This document shows positions 47,663 through 53,127 of a stretch of DNA of 53,127 nt, in pieces. Location of the stretch: contig JBGOSQ010000003.1 in assembly GCA_041476045.1 (NCBI GenBank), positions 1 through 53,127 of the forward strand. The letters run 5' to 3'. Position numbers and translations under genes: made by a program. The notes under the pieces were generated by a model, which did no database searches, was not told the origin of the DNA, and saw only the letters and a program-made list of their open reading frames with translations. This DNA comes from Thermoplasmata archaeon (GTDB taxonomy: Archaea; Thermoplasmatota; Thermoplasmata; Lutacidiplasmatales; UBA184). Numbering within the stretch: position 1 is the stretch's first letter; each line of letters begins with the position of its first letter.

Positions 47663-48222
47663 AGATCCCGGTCATCGACAACGGCGGCCAGTGGACCCAT
47701 CGCGAGTGGCGCGTGCTGCGGGACCTCGACGTCGACAGCCGTATCGTCCCCAATACCGCGGAGCTGGAGGAGCTCGACGCCGACGGCATCGTCCTCTCGG
47801 GCGGAGCCCTGAGCCTCGAGGGCACCGCCGAGCTCGGCCACGTCCACCGATGGATCGATCGCGCCACGGTCCCGATCCTCGGGATCTGCGTCGGACACCA
47901 GTTCCTCGCGCGGCACTTCGGGGGCTCCGTCGGCCATTCGGGATCCCCCGAGTTCGGCCGCGTCACGGTGACCGTCGACGCGCCCGAGCACCCGATCTTC
48001 GCCGGTCTCCCCACCTCGTTCACCGCGTGGGAGAGCCACAACGACCAGGTGACGCGCGTTCCGGAAGGCTTCCTGACGCTCGCCCACTCCCCGACCTGCC
48101 GGGTCCAGGCGATGGTCCACCCGAGCAAGTCGATCGTCGGCGTCCAGTTCCACCCCGAGGTCGAGCACACCGAGGGGGGCCGGGAGATCTTCCGGCGGTT
48201 CGTCGACCTGTGCCGACGCTGA
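47659..48222 (+). CDS. guaAA: GMP synthase glutamine amidotransferase subunit A
   Basis: IDNGGQWTHR, LSGG, LGICVGHQ, SHNDQV, GVQFHPEV. Confidence 0.94.
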   Translation: MKIPVIDNGGQWTHREWRVLRDLDVDSRIVPNTAELEELDADGIVLSGGALSLEGTAELGHVHRWIDRATVPILGICVGHQFLARHFGGSVGHSGSPEFGRVTVTVDAPEHPIFAGLPTSFTAWESHNDQVTRVPEGFLTLAHSPTCRVQAMVHPSKSIVGVQFHPEVEHTEGGREIFRRFVDLCRR

Positions 48223-48289
48223 GGGCCGCCGGACGGCCCCGAGAGGCTAACTAAGGCGGCGTTCTCGGCACCCGTCAGGGCGGTCGATC

Positions 48290-49837
48290 GTGCGCGCGCG
48301 TCGGGCCTCGGGGGGCCGGGAAGGAGAGCTCGTGCAGCGGGCGGCCCGCCTCCGGAAGAGCGTCGATCCGCTCCTGCCCACGCTCCCCCCCTCCTGCCCG
48401 ACCGCGCGCTTCGACCGACTTCGCGCCGCGCTCGAGAAGGTCCGGGCGTCGAAGGACGACAAGGCCCGCCTGGAGAAGATGGGACGATGGGGCGAGCCGC
48501 TGGCCCGCGCCTACGCGGGCCTCCTCAAGTTCTACCTCGACCCGGAGCTCCCCGGCGTTCTCGTCGCGCGCTACCCGGCCGGCGACCTCACGTTCGCGCC
48601 GCTCGCGCGCGCCCCACGCGAGGCCCACATCGCCGTCCAGCTAGGGGACGATCCGCAGCGCCTCCTCCTCGGCTATCTGGACTGGGCCCGCAAGGGGTTC
48701 CACTTCTTCGCGACGGGTCGGGAGCTCTTCTGTACCGGCGCCTCGCCCGAACCCCCCGACCGGTTCCGCTCGGCGCTCTTGGAGGACCTCCCCTACCGGC
48801 TGGAGGCGACGTCGGGCCGCGCGTCGTACGTCTGCGCACACCTCAAGGCGCGCGAGCCGGTCCCGTTCGTCTCGGTCGACTGGCCCGGCGCGGGAACCTC
48901 GTTCCGCGTCTGCCAGCGGTGCGCGAAGGGGGACCGACAGCTCCTCGGTGCCATCACCCGCCGGCTTGCGGTCCCCCGACCGGAGCGCGCGTTTCCCTTC
49001 GGGGTGCACCTCAATGTCGACTGCCGGGCCGGCGATTCCTGTCTCCACTCCCGGCTCCCCGAGGCGTCGCGAAAGCTCCGGAAGGGGTACCTCTTCGGCC
49101 GCCTCTCCGATGCCGAGGCGCTCGATGCCTACCGCAAGGAGGTCGCGGTACGGCTTGACGCGGATCGTTCGGCTCGCTTCGTCGCCGCCGGCACGTGCTA
49201 CGGGAGCGATCGGGAGGCGTTCGTCCGCGCGCTCGATCCGACCGAGGAGGAACGCCGAGCATTGAACGAGGTCCTCCCATCGGTCACGGGCCATTTCGAT
49301 ATCGCGGAAGCGACCGCGAGCCAGGCGCTGGAGAAGCTCTGGCCGCAGCACGCCGCGCGGATCGTGGCCGCGATCGTGCCGGATCCCGAACGCGCCGAGC
49401 AGCTGGTCCGAGAGGCCCGCGCGGCACCGGGACGGGTCTCCGAGCTCCTGCGCCGAGCGGCTCGGGGGACGCAGGAGCGCGAGCTCCTCGACCAGCTGCC
49501 CCGATACGAATCGCTCGCCCCGGAGGCCCTCCTCGCGGACGATGTCGCCCGGAGCTTCCGGACGGGCGGTGCGACGGCCGCCCAGAAGTCGCTCCTGCAA
49601 TCCCTGCCCCGCGAAGGAAAAGAGCGCGGGATCGCCTACGGTCTGCTCCTCGCCCTCGGCCACGCTTCGGCCCACGACTGGCAGTTCACCCCGACGGAAC
49701 AGGAGTTCGGCCGGTCGCTCGTCGAGCGCGCACGCCTCCTGCTCCACGCGACCCCCGACGGCTACGATGGTGCGCTCGGGGGCCTCCTCGGTGCCGCGGG
49801 CGTGACCGATTGGGGAATCCGCGTGCCGTCGGAGTAG
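48290..49837 (+). CDS. Hypothetical Cys/His-containing protein
   Basis: Long ORF with typical codon bias; VCAHL, VCQRC, DC-x5-C. Confidence 0.75.
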   Translation: MRARRASGGREGELVQRAARLRKSVDPLLPTLPPSCPTARFDRLRAALEKVRASKDDKARLEKMGRWGEPLARAYAGLLKFYLDPELPGVLVARYPAGDLTFAPLARAPREAHIAVQLGDDPQRLLLGYLDWARKGFHFFATGRELFCTGASPEPPDRFRSALLEDLPYRLEATSGRASYVCAHLKAREPVPFVSVDWPGAGTSFRVCQRCAKGDRQLLGAITRRLAVPRPERAFPFGVHLNVDCRAGDSCLHSRLPEASRKLRKGYLFGRLSDAEALDAYRKEVAVRLDADRSARFVAAGTCYGSDREAFVRALDPTEEERRALNEVLPSVTGHFDIAEATASQALEKLWPQHAARIVAAIVPDPERAEQLVREARAAPGRVSELLRRAARGTQERELLDQLPRYESLAPEALLADDVARSFRTGGATAAQKSLLQSLPREGKERGIAYGLLLALGHASAHDWQFTPTEQEFGRSLVERARLLLHATPDGYDGALGGLLGAAGVTDWGIRVPSE

Positions 49838-49884
49838 TTTTCGGACCAACTACGAAATACTTTCAGTCGTATCGTTGAGGGTCC

Positions 49885-50319
49885 GTGAAGGTGAGCGATC
49901 TCGAGGGGCCTAATAGGCCCGCGACCCCGTCGGGGCCGCCGCCGTCGACCACGGCGGTGATCGTCGCCGGAGGCGAGGAGACCCGGGTCCTCCTCCGCGG
50001 ACTGCTCCGCCTCCAGCATTTCCTCGTCGTCGGGGAGTCGGAGGGGTCGACGGAGGGTCTCCAGCTCGTTCGCCAGCACCGACCCGGCTTGCTCCTGATC
50101 GAGACGAACCTCTCGGAGGGGAGCGCGACCGCGCTCCTGCGCGGGGCGCGCGAGTTCCTGCCGCGGTGCCGCCTCGTCGTGATCGGCACCCTCGATCGCG
50201 AAGGCGAGAGACCGTCCGAATCGGTGGCGGACGCCGTGCTCCGTAAGCCGTTCCGGATCGCGGAGTTCGCTCGCGCGATCGGTCGGGACGACGGCTCCGC
50301 AGGTCCCGGCGCTCGCTAA
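49885..50319 (+). CDS. CheY-like (pseudo-)receiver domain protein
   Basis: RVLLRGLL...VVGE...EGLQLV..HRPGLLLIE...ADAVLRKPF. Confidence 0.72.
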   Translation: MKVSDLEGPNRPATPSGPPPSTTAVIVAGGEETRVLLRGLLRLQHFLVVGESEGSTEGLQLVRQHRPGLLLIETNLSEGSATALLRGAREFLPRCRLVVIGTLDREGERPSESVADAVLRKPFRIAEFARAIGRDDGSAGPGAR

Positions 50320-51128
50320 CGGCTCGGTGGCGCGGACGGGACGCGCGGCCAGCGGTAGCGCGCGAGCGCGGCGGTCTCCTCGAAGTGGAGGGTGCGCGCC
50401 GGGAGGAGCAGCGCGTGCAGCGGAGGACCGAAGGAGGCCTTCTCCAAGTTCTCGCGGCGACCGAACCATCCCTCCGCCGTCGGACTCCCCACGCGCGCGA
50501 CGACCGCCACCTCGGCGTCGAGGGGGATCAGCGTCCCCGATGGGTCGCGCTCCCGCACGAGCTCGAGGGCCCGGTCGGCGGTGAGGAACCGTCCTTCGGA
50601 GGGGCGGAGATCGAGCAGGAGGAGGGTGTGAAGATCCTGGGCCCGGTTTCGGCCCGCGGTCTCGAGGGGGGAGGTGGGTGCGAACCCCGGTTCCGGAAAC
50701 GGGAGGGAAACGATCCGGCCGAACCGGTACGGTTGAAGCCCGAGGAACCCGGCGGCGGCGCTCAGGATCGATGCGTTGGGGAAGTACGACCACGTGTGGC
50801 CGGCGTCCTCGGCCGCGACCCGGAGCGCGACGTGGGTGGTCGCGGCGAACGGGTCCCCGGCCACGAGGAGCGCCACGCGGCGGCCCCCCGAGAGGGCGGC
50901 GAGGACCGGGGTCTGGGACTCGACCTCCGCGCGATCCAGCTGGCGGATCGGGCGCGCCAGCTCGCGGGCGAGCCGATCGAGGCTCCCCGGTGCGAGAACG
51001 GAGGTGTACTCTTCCGCGAACACGACGTCGCATCCCTTCAACGCGGCGAGGGCGTTTCGCGACAGATCCCCGTCGTCGAAGAGCCCCATCCCGACGAAGA
51101 GGAGCTCTCCCTGCCCGCGCTCCGTCAC
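50316..51128 (-). CDS. dph5: Diphthine synthase
   Basis: LFVGMGL, AEEYTS, GDPFAATTH, GLQPYRFG, HTLLLLD, FGPPLH. Confidence 0.95.
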   Translation of the reverse strand: MTERGQGELLFVGMGLFDDGDLSRNALAALKGCDVVFAEEYTSVLAPGSLDRLARELARPIRQLDRAEVESQTPVLAALSGGRRVALLVAGDPFAATTHVALRVAAEDAGHTWSYFPNASILSAAAGFLGLQPYRFGRIVSLPFPEPGFAPTSPLETAGRNRAQDLHTLLLLDLRPSEGRFLTADRALELVRERDPSGTLIPLDAEVAVVARVGSPTAEGWFGRRENLEKASFGPPLHALLLPARTLHFEETAALARYRWPRVPSAPPSR

Positions 51129-51228
51129 GATCTACTCCGTCCAGAACGGGTCGGCCCACGGCCGTCCGGCCCCATATCGGCTCCGGTCGGGTCTCGTGGC
51201 GGACTCGGAGCCGAACGTCGAGGGGCGG

Positions 51229-52959
51229 CTAGGTTCCCGGCGTTGCGTCGTTCGGGTCCCGGGCCACGTGCGTTCCGGCCTCGGACCGGCGGCGAGCGGC
51301 CGAAGACATCCGACGCACGATCCGGCCCATGGCCTGTTCGCGCCGCGTCTCCGCCTTCTGGTAGCCTACGTCCCGCGTATCCTGCGTCAGGAGCACGACG
51401 ACACGCCCGACGGAGCTGCGACCGGTGCGCCCTCGCCGCTGGATGGCCCGGATCTCGCTCGGGACCGCCTCGAAGAAGACGACCAGGTCGACGTCCGGGA
51501 CGTCGAGGCCCTCCTCGGCGACGCTGCTGGCGACGAGGAGTGGAAAGCGACCGCTCCGAAAGGCGGCGAGGACCTGCGCCTGCTCGCGCTGGTTCATTCC
51601 CTTGTCGTCGGCGTCGCGCGTCGCCTGGCCCACGAACCGGCCCACGACCCATTCCTCTGCCTCCAGACGGGCGCAGATCCCCTGGATCGTGTCGCGGTAC
51701 TGGGCGAAGATGAGGACGCGCGGAGGCCGTTCGGTGGCGCCCGCGAACAGCTCGCGCAGCACCACGACGAGCGCGTCGAGCTTGGGATGGGACGTCTCCC
51801 GAGTGCCGCCGAGGAAGCTCCGTACCTCCTCGACCCCGGCGACGACCTCCGGGAGGGCCACGAACGCCCGGTCGCCCCGGCTGGGTTCTTCCTTCGTGCG
51901 AACGCGTTCGACGTACTGCCGGAACGGTTCCATCCCCTGGGTCTCCAACCGCTCGAGCGCGTGGTGGAGGTGCAGGAGCACGAGCTGGTGGAACAAGGGG
52001 CCGAACTTCCGGGTCATCGGTCCCGGCCGGGCGAAGATCTCCGACCGCAGTGCGATCAGGTCCTTCACCGAGACCGAGTCGATCGGCTTCTTCCGGAGGT
52101 AGCCCATCTTCTGGAGGCTCCGCGCGGACCCGTGCGCCGCCTTCTTGAGGAGCTCCTGGACCCGCTTCGCCTCCGGTGGCAGGGTGACCCATCGGTACTC
52201 GATGTTCACTTCCTGGACGTACTCGCGCACCCCCGGGTCCTCGCGACTGCGCGCCTCGATCCGCGGGGCGCCGAGCACGCCGACGACCTCCTCGATCCGC
52301 TCGTCGCGCCCCCCCGGCGAGGCGGTCAGTCCCAGGATCCGGCCGCCCCGGGGTCGGTCGGTCCGGTAGCGGGCGGCGATCGCGACGTACGCGTAGCGAC
52401 CGACCGCGTGGTGGACCTCGTCGAAGACGAGGAGCCGCACGTCCTTGAGGTCGTAACGGTCGGCCGCGAGGTCGTTCTGGACGATCTCCGGCGTGGCGAA
52501 GACGGCCTCGGCCGTTTCCCACGCCCCCTCCCGCTTTGGGTGGGCGACCGTGCCGGTGAACCGCCCGCGTCGGAGCTCGGTGAACCAGGCCCCGAAGGAA
52601 TCGGCGTGCTGCTGGACCAACGGTCGAGTGGGTGCGAGGAACAGCATCTTGCCCTGACCCTCCCGAAGGAGTTCGGCGGCGAGGAGGGCCGCGATCACCG
52701 TCTTCCCGAGCCCCGTCGGGAGGACGACGAGGAGGTCCTCGGTAGCGCCGATACGGGCGAGATCGATCTGGAACGGGAGCGCCCGGATCGTTCGCGGTCG
52801 GAGCAGCGGGTGGACGATGAATCCGTCGTCGAGCTGCCAGATCCCCGGGAGGGCGGCCGGCCGAGGGCACGGCGCGATGGGTAGCGACGGGGCCTCTGTT
52901 CCGGTGGCGAACTCCTCGAGCCGGGGTTGGCGAGGGGTCTTCGGACGGGCCCGCCTCAC
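51229..52959 (-). CDS. hef: Hef/FANCM-like SF2 helicase without ERCC4 nuclease domain
   Basis: LPTGLGKT, APTRPLVQQH, DEVHHAVG, GLTASPG, HPKL, SVAEEGLD, IQRRGRTGR. Confidence 0.92.
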   Translation of the reverse strand: MRRARPKTPRQPRLEEFATGTEAPSLPIAPCPRPAALPGIWQLDDGFIVHPLLRPRTIRALPFQIDLARIGATEDLLVVLPTGLGKTVIAALLAAELLREGQGKMLFLAPTRPLVQQHADSFGAWFTELRRGRFTGTVAHPKREGAWETAEAVFATPEIVQNDLAADRYDLKDVRLLVFDEVHHAVGRYAYVAIAARYRTDRPRGGRILGLTASPGGRDERIEEVVGVLGAPRIEARSREDPGVREYVQEVNIEYRWVTLPPEAKRVQELLKKAAHGSARSLQKMGYLRKKPIDSVSVKDLIALRSEIFARPGPMTRKFGPLFHQLVLLHLHHALERLETQGMEPFRQYVERVRTKEEPSRGDRAFVALPEVVAGVEEVRSFLGGTRETSHPKLDALVVVLRELFAGATERPPRVLIFAQYRDTIQGICARLEAEEWVVGRFVGQATRDADDKGMNQREQAQVLAAFRSGRFPLLVASSVAEEGLDVPDVDLVVFFEAVPSEIRAIQRRGRTGRSSVGRVVVLLTQDTRDVGYQKAETRREQAMGRIVRRMSSAARRRSEAGTHVARDPNDATPGT

Positions 52960-52990
52960 CGGTTCCCCGATCCGAGCGTGGACGGCGCGG

Positions 52991-53127
52991 CTAGAGGAAC
53001 CGGAGGTCGGCCGGAAGCGTCCCGACGTAGCGCCGGAACGCCGCGGGCCAGCCGTCCGGATCGAGTCCCTTCTGGGCGAGGAAGGCGGTGAGCCAGCGTT
53101 CGAGGCCGATCCCCGAGCAGCCGGACC
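52991..53127 (-). CDS. serS: Seryl-tRNA synthetase, methanogen-type (type 2), C-terminal fragment
   Basis: Manual translation [44 protein letters not shown]: class II motif 3 in the form seen in Methanosarcina type-2 SerRS. Confidence 0.85.
   Translation of the reverse strand, partial: SGCSGIGLERWLTAFLAQKGLDPDGWPAAFRRYVGTLPADLRFL

Overview
A very GC-rich archaeal chromosome segment, most likely from a Thermoplasmatota (Thermoplasmata-like) genome. This assignment rests on archaeal EF-1alpha/uS10, the uS13-uS4-uS11-Rpo3 operon, pelota, aMBF1, TrmY, Dph5, Hef helicase, tetraether synthase (Tes), a DUF6015-type protein, bacterial-type uvrA/dnaJ and TATA-box promoters. Most of the window is housekeeping: repair, translation, lipid and acyl-CoA metabolism, and tRNA-Phe. 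Two genes missing from the ORF track run off the edges: uvrA (left) and a methanogen-type SerRS C-terminus (right). The most unusual parts are: (i) an accessory block at about 29.1-33.8 kb with an orphan ferritin-like di-iron protein, a cupredoxin-like secreted protein lacking its Cys ligand, a prenyltransferase-fold protein, paired strong hairpins, and a DoxX-like protein coupled to an HTH-like/TM/His-rich protein; (ii) a tandem-RHH (CdrS-like) plus ftsZ operon whose FtsZ lacks the T7 catalytic Asp, with an operator-like inverted repeat and a tandem AbrB/MraZ-like protein nearby; (iii) two thiolase/DUF35 modules with degenerate catalytic parts; (iv) a possibly structured element upstream of tes. 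No CRISPR, rRNA or transposase was seen. All calls come from motif recognition by eye, without database searches.
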